Translations under genes and position numbers: made by a program
The notes under the pieces: model-generated
Database searches by the model: none
Told to the model about the DNA's origin: nothing
What the model saw: only the letters and a program-made list of their open reading frames with translations
DNA from: a virus
Taxonomy: Duplodnaviria > Caudoviricetes
Length of the DNA stretch: 59,110 nt
IMG/VR virus record: IMGVR_UViG_3300025626_000029
Coordinates: 1-59,110 of that record
Direction: 5' to 3' (one strand)
Part shown: piece after piece, positions 29,720-39,800 of the stretch
How positions within the stretch are numbered: the stretch's first letter is position 1
Layout: every line of letters starts with the position of its first letter

Positions 29720-29907
29720 TACACAAATGGACTTCAGTTAGAGCAGTATACTTATTAATGTCTGCTGTTTTGTTTTTAGGATTAACCCTTCAGTCTTGGT
29801 GGGTTGTTGTCTTTGTAATCGCTATGCTTAACGTAGGGGTGTGGACTAAGTTTTGTCCAAGCAAATGGTTCTTTGAAAAAATAGGATTCCGCAACACAGA
29901 ATTGTAA
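29716..29907 (+). CDS. DUF2892/YgaP-like two-TM membrane protein
   Basis: ATG at 29716; two hydrophobic helices then GVWTKFCP..WFFEKIG. Confidence 0.65.
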   Translation: MIHKWTSVRAVYLLMSAVLFLGLTLQSWWVVVFVIAMLNVGVWTKFCPSKWFFEKIGFRNTEL

Positions 29908-30806
29908 TGAATGCTCTTGACGGCATCTCAAAAAGGTCAATTGTATGCTTGATTTGCTCCATACTAATTATGCTAACCTTTTTTGTATTTAAGACTCTCG
30001 TAGTATTTAAATACATACATCACTCCACATTTACACATTACTTTGAATGGCTATCTGTAATAGCCTTTATGCCACCTTTCTTTATGGTGGTACAAGAGTT
30101 CTTGCAAAACAAGGCTAAAATTAAAGACGACCTAAGTAAAAAAAATATCTACTTAGAACACGCTGCTAAAATTATACGTCACGATATGCATAGCGGTATC
30201 AATACCTACTTACCAAGAGGTATCAAATCACTGAACCGTAGGCTTACAGATAAGAACATTAAAGACTTGCGTATTAGCGCACCTTTAAAACTTATTAAAG
30301 ACGGCTTACACCACGCTCAGAAGGTGTATGCTGGCGTGTATGAGTTTACCAACTTAGTAAAAGAGAATGCACAGCTAAACAAATCTCCGCACAACATAAT
30401 AGAAATACTAACAGACTACTTAAAGCTCACTGCTTACAAAAATCAAGTAGTATTATCAGATAACTTACCAGACGTATTAGATGTTAATGAGGCATTGTTT
30501 TGTACTGCGTTAGATAACTTTATTAGGAATGGATTAAAATACAACGACAGTGGAACTAAGTGGGTAAAAATATACCACGAAGGCAGTTACCATACAGGTT
30601 CTTATCTTGTTGTAGAAGACAACGGCAGAGGCTTAACAGCTGAAGAGTTTATAATCCTATCGAAGCCTTACACCAGAAAAGAAAACCAGAAAGAAGCTGG
30701 GACTGGACTTGGTTTAAACATTTCTATAGAGATTCTAAAAGAACACGGATACAGCGTGTCTGCTAAAAAAACAGGTAACGGTACAAAAATATATATAAAG
30801 TTATGA
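29907..30806 (+). CDS. Sensor histidine kinase (2 TM + HisKA + HATPase_c)
   Basis: H-box IIRHDMHSGI, N-box LDNFIRNGLKYN, G1 VEDNGRG, G2 GTGLGL. Confidence 0.92.
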   Translation: MNALDGISKRSIVCLICSILIMLTFFVFKTLVVFKYIHHSTFTHYFEWLSVIAFMPPFFMVVQEFLQNKAKIKDDLSKKNIYLEHAAKIIRHDMHSGINTYLPRGIKSLNRRLTDKNIKDLRISAPLKLIKDGLHHAQKVYAGVYEFTNLVKENAQLNKSPHNIIEILTDYLKLTAYKNQVVLSDNLPDVLDVNEALFCTALDNFIRNGLKYNDSGTKWVKIYHEGSYHTGSYLVVEDNGRGLTAEEFIILSKPYTRKENQKEAGTGLGLNISIEILKEHGYSVSAKKTGNGTKIYIKL

Positions 30807-31240
30807 TTGACACATTAATGCTCATAGACGATGAAAACCTCTTCCACCTTGTGTTTGAAGATGCTTGTTCTATGTTGGACATTGCTCTATCTATAGAGTC
30901 ATTAGACAGCTCTGATGAGGCTGACAGAAAATTTAAAGCTTGGTTTCCAGACGACCCAGACCACGAGCGTCCACAATGTGTATTCGTAGACTTAAACATC
31001 ATTGGCTCTTCTTTTGATGGTATCGAGATGATACGAAAGATAAATACAGAATACGGAAACGGATGTGTTATAGGAATTATATCGAGTAGCTCCGACCAAG
31101 AAGAGATTGATAAAGCTAAAGCTGTAGGCGCTCAGTTCTGGATTATTAAGTCTGATGACATAGAACCACGACTTGAGGAATTCCACAAAGACTACGAAGG
31201 TTACGTAAGTAAAACAAATCCGTTTAAGGTTTATAGATGA
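30803..31240 (+). CDS. Single-domain (CheY-like) response regulator receiver
   Basis: LMLIDDE, VFVDLN (phospho-acceptor Asp), IISSS, FWIIK; no output domain. Confidence 0.92.
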   Translation: MIDTLMLIDDENLFHLVFEDACSMLDIALSIESLDSSDEADRKFKAWFPDDPDHERPQCVFVDLNIIGSSFDGIEMIRKINTEYGNGCVIGIISSSSDQEEIDKAKAVGAQFWIIKSDDIEPRLEEFHKDYEGYVSKTNPFKVYR

Positions 31241-31782
31241 TAAGCTCTAAGGACACTATAAAGCAAGCCATCCAAAAGGCAGCAAAGAAAAAAGTTTACA
31301 TAGAAGGAAACTTTGTAAAGCTGTTGGGAGATACTTCTGATGAGGAGGTAAAGGCTTATATAGAGGAGTGTAAAAGAAGAGATTTAGCACAGAGAAGAAA
31401 ACGCTTAGATATAACCAAACAGGTTCAGAAACAAAATAAAGAACTGGAGGAAGCAGCAGTAATAAAAGGAGCACTTGTCATAGAGCTACAAAACGAAAAG
31501 AATGAAGCCGAGAGGTTGCGTGATGAAGCTGTAGAAGATCTAGATATGATGCAGAAGCGCACTCAGTTTGAACTAATAGGAACTATTGTTAAAGTCGCTC
31601 TGTATGTAATTGTAGGTGTTGGAGTGCTAACTACCGTTATGTATGCTTGGGCTATGACCTCTGGTACAGATACACAAATTATAGGAAGTACTTGGTCCAA
31701 TATGTTTGGTATACTGCTTACAAACGCATTTAGTATTGTTGGTACGATAATGGGTGTCAAGTACGCAACAGACAAGGACTAA
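31237..31782 (+). CDS. Coiled-coil protein with two C-terminal TM helices
   Basis: Charged heptad region then IVKVALYVIVGVGVLTTVMYAW and MFGILLTNAFSIVGTIMG; ATGA-coupled to the receiver gene. Confidence 0.8.
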   Translation: MISSKDTIKQAIQKAAKKKVYIEGNFVKLLGDTSDEEVKAYIEECKRRDLAQRRKRLDITKQVQKQNKELEEAAVIKGALVIELQNEKNEAERLRDEAVEDLDMMQKRTQFELIGTIVKVALYVIVGVGVLTTVMYAWAMTSGTDTQIIGSTWSNMFGILLTNAFSIVGTIMGVKYATDKD

Positions 31783-31828
31783 ATTACATATTGATAAAAG
31801 TGTTAATTTTGTAACATAATTAAATTTA

Positions 31829-32983
31829 ATGAACATGGAAAATAAACAAGAAGCTGAAATTGAAAATCAACTTGGCGATGCCGGGTTTAGCTTTTCTGAT
31901 ACAATGCCAGAAGGAACAGAGTCTGCTCCTCCACCAGTGCCAGATAGCTTTGATATAGATTTAAGTAGTGCCCCAGCAGCTGAGGAACAGCAAGTAGAAC
32001 AGGAGCCTGTTCAACAATCTGAGCCAGTTGCAGAGGAGCAAGCTACTGAGCCGGTAGTAGAGCCTACTGGCGAAAGTTCTTTAAATACAGAAACACCCGT
32101 TGCAGAAGAGCCATCTCTTGATGAGTCTGCTGTATCTCGTTACGTCAGCGAAAAGCTTGGCTTAGAGATAGAGAGTCTTGATCAATTGTCAGCTTTTCTA
32201 CAACAAACACAACAGCAACAAGAATCTACAATTGACGAGCGAGTTAAGGTTATCGCAGACTTTGTAGAGCAGACAGGTCGCAACCCAGAAGATTGGTTTA
32301 GATACCAGGCTTTAAATCCGTCCGAAATGGATGATATGACAGCCATTCGTGTATCTATGTCAAACGAATATCCAAACCTTAGTGGTGAGGAGATTGATAT
32401 GCTTGTAGGCTCAAAGTATAAACTTGACGAAGATTATCACTCAGAAGATGAGGTTAAACTTAGCAAGCTACAATTGAAGATTGATGCTGATAAAGCTAGA
32501 ACAGGAATTGATCAGATTCGTTCTCAATTTACTGCTCCAGCAAAACAAAAAGATGAAGCTGTTCAGTCACCTATTGACGACCGTTGGATTCAGAATATGC
32601 AAGAACAAACCAACAACCTAGATGCTGTTACTTTTGAGTTAGCAGATGGTAAGGAGTTTGAGTTCGGTATTAATGATTCTTACAGAAATCAATTGATTGA
32701 CAAGAACCGCAACATTGAATCGTTCTTTGACCAGTACATTAGCCAAGAAGGACAATGGGACTACGATAAGTTCAACATTCATCAAACGCTGATTGATAAC
32801 ATTGATGCGATAGCAAAATCATTGTATCAGCAAGGTATGAGTGACGGACAGCGTAGAGTCGTTAACGAGGCGGCAAATGTTAAGTCAGAAGCACCGGCAG
32901 TAGGTACGGCACAACCTACAGACAATGTCTCACAGCAACTCTTAGATGCGTTGGGTGTAGATAAAACTTTGAAATTTTTCTAA
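31829..32983 (+). CDS. Putative capsid scaffolding protein
   Basis: Acidic disordered N-terminus, helical C-terminus, immediately upstream of MCP; promoter TAATTTTG at 31804-31811. Confidence 0.65.
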   Translation: MNMENKQEAEIENQLGDAGFSFSDTMPEGTESAPPPVPDSFDIDLSSAPAAEEQQVEQEPVQQSEPVAEEQATEPVVEPTGESSLNTETPVAEEPSLDESAVSRYVSEKLGLEIESLDQLSAFLQQTQQQQESTIDERVKVIADFVEQTGRNPEDWFRYQALNPSEMDDMTAIRVSMSNEYPNLSGEEIDMLVGSKYKLDEDYHSEDEVKLSKLQLKIDADKARTGIDQIRSQFTAPAKQKDEAVQSPIDDRWIQNMQEQTNNLDAVTFELADGKEFEFGINDSYRNQLIDKNRNIESFFDQYISQEGQWDYDKFNIHQTLIDNIDAIAKSLYQQGMSDGQRRVVNEAANVKSEAPAVGTAQPTDNVSQQLLDALGVDKTLKFF

Positions 32984-33002
32984 AACATAAAAACTTTAAA
33001 TA

Positions 33003-34361
33003 ATGAGTTTAAAAGCAAGTCAGCCATCCGTTAGTGGTGGCGTACAAAGCGCATTTAAGCGCTTAGACCCAGCAAAGTACACTTCTTTAGGTGACTTTAT
33101 TGATGAAGTAAACCGCCCCGATATTCGTGAGGCGTTAGCAAAAACTTACGGTGATCAAGGTATCACAGGTTTCTTGCAAATGACAGGAGCAGTTAAATCT
33201 GCTGGAACAGCTGACAAAGTTCAGTGGTGGGAAGAAGCTCGTCTTCACGCACGTCAAACTGGTGACTGGATCGCTGGTGGTAAAATTGCAGTTACTGTAG
33301 CTGATGAGAAAATCTTTACTCGTGTAAACGATGTATTATTAGTTGGAACTGATCGTTACTTGGTAACAGCTATTGCTGATGTAGGTAGCCCAGTTACTTC
33401 TCGCAACTTGACTGTAGTCAATATGGGAAGCACTGCTTCTAACCCAACTTCTGGTGCTGTTGATGCAGCTATCATTGGTAACTTGTACGGACAAGGTTCA
33501 AGCCAACCAACAGAATACTTGGAAAGCAACGTTGTATTACGTGAGAATCCATACAGCATCTTGAAAGAAACATTCAAGGTAACTGGTTCTCAAGCTACGA
33601 ACATTGGCTACATCAACCTTGGTAACGGTGACTACCGTTGGTACATCAAAGGTGAGATGGATACTCGTCAGCGTTTCTTAGACAAGCGTGAGATGATGAT
33701 GTTGTTAGGTCAGAAAAAAGCTACTGATGTAACCATCGGAGATTACTCTGTAAACGGTTCTGAAGGATACTTCGCTGCAATTGAAGATCGTGGTATTGTT
33801 GAAACTGGTGGTGTGGTTAACACATTAACTGAGCTTGATGCAATCGTTACTGAATTAGATAAGCAAGGAGCTGCTCCAGAATACGCTATCTACGGTAACA
33901 CTGCTCAGATGTTGGCAATTGATGACATGGTAGCTTCATTGAATGGTGCTTCTGGATTTGCTTCTGGTGGTCCAACTACTGGTTCTGCTGCATTTGGCGC
34001 ATTTTCTAATGCTGACCAAGCTGTACGACTTGGATTCAAGTCATTCGGACGTGGTGGTTACACATTCCACAATAAGTCTTGGAAGTTGCTTAACGACCCA
34101 ACATTGTTAGGTGGTTCTGACTTCAAGGGTGTAATGATTCCTTTGACTTCTGTAATTGATCCTAAAAGCGGTTCTCGTGCAGCAGCTCTAGAGATGAACT
34201 ACAAAGCAGTTGATGGTTACTCTCGTGAAATGGAGCACTGGATGACAGGTTCTATCCTTGGTGTTACTAACACTAATGACGATAGCTTGCAATTCAACTA
34301 CCGTTCAGAATGTAACTTGGTTACTCGTGCAGCTAACCAGCATGTTTTGATCCGCTCATAA
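33003..34361 (+). CDS. Major capsid protein
   Basis: 452 aa between scaffold and a strong terminator; visibly biased codon usage; position in the head module. Confidence 0.8.
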   Translation: MSLKASQPSVSGGVQSAFKRLDPAKYTSLGDFIDEVNRPDIREALAKTYGDQGITGFLQMTGAVKSAGTADKVQWWEEARLHARQTGDWIAGGKIAVTVADEKIFTRVNDVLLVGTDRYLVTAIADVGSPVTSRNLTVVNMGSTASNPTSGAVDAAIIGNLYGQGSSQPTEYLESNVVLRENPYSILKETFKVTGSQATNIGYINLGNGDYRWYIKGEMDTRQRFLDKREMMMLLGQKKATDVTIGDYSVNGSEGYFAAIEDRGIVETGGVVNTLTELDAIVTELDKQGAAPEYAIYGNTAQMLAIDDMVASLNGASGFASGGPTTGSAAFGAFSNADQAVRLGFKSFGRGGYTFHNKSWKLLNDPTLLGGSDFKGVMIPLTSVIDPKSGSRAAALEMNYKAVDGYSREMEHWMTGSILGVTNTNDDSLQFNYRSECNLVTRAANQHVLIRS

Positions 34362-34374
34362 GAGCACAATACAT

Positions 34375-34413
34375 AGGAGGGAGCCTTAGGGCTCTCTCCT
34401 TTTATTTTTTTTT
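34375..34413 (+). terminator. Rho-independent terminator after MCP
   Basis: aggagggagcc-ttag-ggctctctcct + long T tract. Confidence 0.9.
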
Positions 34414-34431
34414 AATTTAATATTCAATACA

Positions 34432-35253
34432 ATGGCTAATACGACAGCTAAAAAATCACCTGGTCGTCCTAAAAGAGAGGCTGCACCAGAAGCATTACCA
34501 ACAGCAAAACCTGTAGACTATTCTGTTAAACAGGTATTCAATCCACAAACCACAAGATTCTACGAGATTATAAACGGTGGTGGTATCGTTTGTAGAATTA
34601 AATCTGAGGTTACTGTTTACGATCCAGTAAAGCAGGTAACTACAGCATTAAGATATTGTCCTAACGAAAAGACAATTTATCGTGATGAACAAAGTCAATA
34701 CGCTAGAAGAGAGCATGTAATTTTTAGAGATAAGATGTTAGCTGTTGAATTTACAAACCCGAACCTAATTAACTTTTTAAACATGCACCCAGACAATGTC
34801 TCTAATGGTGGTGGTGTTTTTAAGTTAATCGATAAATCAAAGACAGCTGAAGAAGAATTAGACCGTGAGTTTGATTTACATGAGGCTATCTCTCTGATTA
34901 AAAATAAAGACATTCAAGACCTCTTACCGGTTGCATTATCGTATGGTATCAATGTGAACCAGAAGAACGCTGAGATCAAGCGAGAATTGCTTAGAGACGC
35001 TAAGATAAACCCAGAGAAGTTTATCAAGATGTTTGACAACCCAGAGGTCATGTGTCGCTCTGCTGTTATGCAAGCTGGAGAGTTTCAGATTCTCAGTCTT
35101 ACGGAAAACGGTGTTTACTGGTTTGACAACAATAGATTAATTGTATCTTGCCCTCCGGGTAGCAGTCCTACTGACGTTGCTGTCCGCTTCTTCATGACTG
35201 AGAAAGGAGCCGCAGTTTACGACCAAGTTGTAGAACAGCTAAACAATATCTAA
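34432..35253 (+). CDS. Conserved-type hypothetical protein downstream of MCP
   Basis: 273-aa ORF between two terminators. Confidence 0.75.
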   Translation: MANTTAKKSPGRPKREAAPEALPTAKPVDYSVKQVFNPQTTRFYEIINGGGIVCRIKSEVTVYDPVKQVTTALRYCPNEKTIYRDEQSQYARREHVIFRDKMLAVEFTNPNLINFLNMHPDNVSNGGGVFKLIDKSKTAEEELDREFDLHEAISLIKNKDIQDLLPVALSYGINVNQKNAEIKRELLRDAKINPEKFIKMFDNPEVMCRSAVMQAGEFQILSLTENGVYWFDNNRLIVSCPPGSSPTDVAVRFFMTEKGAAVYDQVVEQLNNI

Positions 35254-35278
35254 TTTTCTGTTACATAGAATGTTAAGC

Positions 35279-35311
35279 AAAGGGGTTGCCAAAAGCAGCC
35301 CCTTTTCTTTT
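35279..35311 (+). terminator. Rho-independent terminator, followed by -7 element TATATTTG (35314-35321)
   Basis: aaggggttgc-caaaa-gcagcccctt + T tract. Confidence 0.85.
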
Positions 35312-35341
35312 CGTATATTTGTAGTATCTAATATCAATCAG

Positions 35342-36085
35342 ATGGCAAGTGTAAACAGAGTATATACAGCATTAAAAGACCTGGTCAACAAAGATCAGAA
35401 GGGATTTGTATCTCCAGCTGTATTCAATAGTTTTGCTGGTTTAGCTCAGATGAACATCTTTAACAGATTGTTTGACGAGCATAGAAATGCAATGCGTTTC
35501 CGTAGAGCTGGCATTGACCCAGGTAAAAGTTTAGGCAAGACTAAAAATATAGATGAGGATTTATCTGTATTTCAGAAGAAGCAAAAGTTAACTCAGGCAA
35601 ACGGAGTATTCTCTAAGCCTAGTGACTTAGCTAGAGTTTCTTCAATGACTACAAACAGTACATATGTATTTGGATCTAGTGTAGGTACAAACATACAACT
35701 GATGCATAATCAAGAAGATATTGATCGTGCTCTAATGAGTGACCTGTCTAACCCAAGTGAAACTTCTCCAATAGCTTTAATTGGTGATGATATAGAAGTA
35801 TTTCCAACTACTATTAAAAAGATTGAGCTAAGATACTACAAGCTACCCCAAGGTTTAAATCCAACAACCACAGCAAAGACAACAGCCCAGCCTAAGTTTG
35901 GGTACATATCTACTGTTCCTGGTGTTGAGATATTTGATGCTACAAACAGTATAGACTTTGAGCTACCAGAGCATTTCTTTGGAGACTTGGTTGTAGAAAT
36001 AGCCCAGCTTATTGGTATTAACCTACGTGATTCTGCTGTCGCTCAATACGCAACGGTAGAGAAACAGAAAGAAGAGAATAAATAA
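35342..36085 (+). CDS. Tail ring / head-tail adaptor protein
   Basis: True start MASVNRVY at 35342 (the ORF-track extension overlaps the terminator and promoter); ELRYYKLP...FELPEH pattern; position. Confidence 0.65.
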   Translation: MASVNRVYTALKDLVNKDQKGFVSPAVFNSFAGLAQMNIFNRLFDEHRNAMRFRRAGIDPGKSLGKTKNIDEDLSVFQKKQKLTQANGVFSKPSDLARVSSMTTNSTYVFGSSVGTNIQLMHNQEDIDRALMSDLSNPSETSPIALIGDDIEVFPTTIKKIELRYYKLPQGLNPTTTAKTTAQPKFGYISTVPGVEIFDATNSIDFELPEHFFGDLVVEIAQLIGINLRDSAVAQYATVEKQKEENK

Positions 36086-36825
36086 TGTCGTTAGAAACCG
36101 TATCAATAGATCAGATTGTCAACGACTTCATGTTAACCATGGGGTATGATGACTATACAAGCAATGCTCCAGAGGTTGTTGTAAGAAACTTTGCTCTTAG
36201 GGGAGTACGTGAGATTGGTTTTGACATGGGTCTAAAAGTAAAAGCAGCAGAGCTAACAGTAGACCAAACAAAAGGAACAGTTACTTTGCCTACAGATTTT
36301 GTAGGCTTGTTAAAGCTAGGCGTTATAGGTGGTGATGGTCTTGTTTATCAGTTTATAGAAAACAGAAACATTAACCTTATATCTAATAGAGGTAAGGACG
36401 TTATTCCTAACTACAGTGCTTTTGATTCAGAGGTATACAGAAACTATATTGCTAATGGATCACAAGGTCGCCTGTATGGTATGGGCGGTGGTAAAGGTGC
36501 TGGAGAATACCGGGTAAACTTTGACCAAAACAGAATTGAGCTTTCAACAAATGTAGGATCCGCTACAGTAGCTATAGAGTACATAGCTGACGAGGCTTTA
36601 TCTACATCACCTAGTGTACATAAGTTTGCTGAAGAAACAGTAAGAGCTTACATATACTACAAGCTCATAGAGCGTAAGAGTAATGTACCTGCTGTAGAGA
36701 AGTCTAGAGCAAGACAAGAGTATTACAATGAGCGTAGAAAGTCTAATGCACGAATGAAGTCATTTGGTAAGCAGGATGCATTAGCAACGATTAGAAAGAA
36801 TTTCAGACAGTCGCCTAAATATTAA
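36085..36825 (+). CDS. Tail tubular/ring protein
   Basis: VTLPTDFV...IEYIAD pattern; precedes nozzle. Confidence 0.65.
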   Translation: MSLETVSIDQIVNDFMLTMGYDDYTSNAPEVVVRNFALRGVREIGFDMGLKVKAAELTVDQTKGTVTLPTDFVGLLKLGVIGGDGLVYQFIENRNINLISNRGKDVIPNYSAFDSEVYRNYIANGSQGRLYGMGGGKGAGEYRVNFDQNRIELSTNVGSATVAIEYIADEALSTSPSVHKFAEETVRAYIYYKLIERKSNVPAVEKSRARQEYYNERRKSNARMKSFGKQDALATIRKNFRQSPKY

Positions 36826-36827
36826 TT

Positions 36828-39800
36828 ATGGCTATAGATAAGCTAACCCCAAGGTATCTAAATAAAGATAGCGATGAACGTCTCGTAAAGAACGTAGAGA
36901 TGACAGACGCATTAAACTTGCGTATATCTACTGAAGACGATGGCGATGGTATTGTTATTAAAAACGCTTATGGTAATGTTGCAAAAAGCTTTAACATAGC
37001 TCCAGCTTCTGGAACTAGCAAAGTTGTAGGTTCTGTTTCTCATGAGCAGTTAGGCGTTATTATATTCTTTATATATAACAGCAATAACAGCCACTCAATA
37101 TACCAGTACAAGTCTTCTACAGGATCCTCTACAAGGGTTTATCAGGATTCCGTGTTAGGATTTACAGCTGATTCTTTTGTAAAGGGTGATATCATAGAGT
37201 CTAACACAGGCGATATACTTTTATTCTTTAATGATAGTGAATCAGATCCAAAGAAGATTAATGTAACCAAGGCTATAGCTGGTAACTACCCTTCAAAATT
37301 TACTACAGGTACTGATGAAGAGAAGTTACTTTTCTTAACTGTTGCTAAACAGCCGCCTTTAGACCCTCCTACATATAATATTGTAAACAACTCAGCGCTA
37401 AAAGAAAATAGAATCTTTAACAAGGTGTATCAGTTTGCTTACAAGTATGTATATGACGATGGAGAGCATTCAGCATTATCTCCATACAGCTCGTTAACCT
37501 CTTCTATAACACAGTTAAGAGATGGCTTTATAACAGAGTCTGCTAAAAATTTTTACAACCAGATAAATATTTTTGTTAAAAATAGTGTAGCTGATGTAGA
37601 TAAAATAGTTGTATACGCAAGGGAAGGTAACGCTGGTCCATTTTTTGAAATAGAAGAAAAGACAAATCTTCATAATAGTAATGCTGTAACTATAAATTTC
37701 ACAGATGATAAAAGAGGTTCACTAGTTTCGTCTACAGAACAGAACAAACTTTTTGATAATGTTCCTTTAAAAGCTGACAGCCAGGAAATAGTTGAAGGTA
37801 GATTAATGTATGCTGGTTATACAGAGGGGTATGAGAATATTGACACAACCAGTGAACTAATTAGCAACTATAAACACGTTGATAATTCTATAGCTGTTTC
37901 CTTATCTCAATCAACAAATTACGCTGTTTTATTAGACTATAGTGGACTACCTTCTACTTTTACAGAGGATAGAGTTTTATACTTAAACATAGTTCTTAAC
38001 GCTGATGAAATTAATTTATCTGATAGTGGATTTGCCGATCTATCTGTTAGCACAGATATATTTTTTTCTGATGAAGATGGAAAAAACGTAGATACAAAAT
38101 CAATATCTAAAATAAAAAATGGTATTCAATCTGGTATATCGCCTCTTATTATTAGAGAACAAATAAATATTTCTTCTGGAGATAGTAAGCAAGATTTAAA
38201 AGATGCTATTTATGCTTTAATGCATAACAATCTTTTTAAAGTCAAGCTTTATCCTTTAGGTGACGGAGACTCTATTCGTGTAATGAACGCAAGTGGATCT
38301 TCATTATTTACGGTTGAAAGCGGAGAGGTAAAAGGCTCTTTAACATTTAAATGTACTAGCACCGCTAATGCGGGCACTCTTATTTTTAATCCAGAGTATC
38401 TAGATGTCTATATAAATAGCTTTTACGAAGATGCTAAAAAAAGACTTATTATAAGGTCTGGAAGAATAGTCCTAGACAATGCAGATCCTTCTACTGATTT
38501 TGTTATGACATTAACAAACAGAACGTCTTATTTCACAGCTCCTTTGTTGAAAAACTTAGATGTAGGTAAAACATTCAAATCTGGATCTTCTCACAAGCTA
38601 GGTATTGTTTATTATGATAATAGAAATAGAAGTGGCGGTGTTCAAGAATTAGGAAGAACTTATGTAAACTCCTTAGCTGATAGAGCTGATGAGGACAACT
38701 TGAAGGGATCTGCAAGTGTGGTAATGAGAGTCTCCCATGATCCACCTACTTGGGCTAATAGTTGGGCTCCTGTATACACTGGTAAAGGTTTATCTGTTAG
38801 TAAATTTATATACGGAATAGGTGGTGGTTTTATTCCGTTTAATGAAAACTCCGGAGTATTTAGCACTCCTAATAAAAGAATATATATATCATTAAACACT
38901 CTTTTTGAAAAAGATAATAGCTATGTAAAAGCTTTCGGATCCGATAAAAGTTATTCTTATAAACAGGGAGATAAAATGAGGATAATATCATATGGGTCTT
39001 CAAGTTTAGATTTAAATATATTTAAAGTTGTAGGTCATGAGATATTAGTAGATGATTACAATACGAACCCAATACTTGATAGTTCTACTCCAGACACAGT
39101 AAATTATACAACCGGATCATTTTTAATTATAGAGGAGAATCAAGAAGCTACTGGATTTACCTATAAAAATTTAGAAAACAACGATAGCAAATGGTTTGAC
39201 GATTGCATTATAGAAGTGTATAATGATAATCAAGAGAATAAAGAAAGTATATACTACGAAATCGGAACTAAGTACGATGTTGTATCTGGAGCTCATGAAG
39301 ACGACAGGGTTACAACAACTCCTAGTTTTATAATTACTTCACAAAGCGGTAGTGATGTTGAAGGTACTACTACAGACAGAATATTTAAGGGAGATATTAT
39401 AACTTCTGGTAGCTTTAGTATTACTGTAGGTAATGTATACAAAGAAGGTAATACTTATTATTTCTTTGCTGAAGAGACAACAGATTCTACGTTTACACTA
39501 GATGTAGCGTATGCTGGAACAGTTACAAACACTGACAAGGTCATTGAGATAATACAGGGTGATGCATATATGCGACCTAGAGTTATGTTTGCAGCTCCTG
39601 ATCAAATATCAAAAGGAAGGTTTAGAAAAATGCCTGGATATAACGGAATTGTTAGGTTTATAGATGATTACTCTGTAAGCGATTTCTTTAATTCTGAAAG
39701 CAGTTCTATTGGTAGACCTATTGCTAGAATCGATAATGCTAAACAGCAAAAAAGAAAAGCATCTATAACCTATTCTGATTTTTATTCAGCAGATGGTTCT

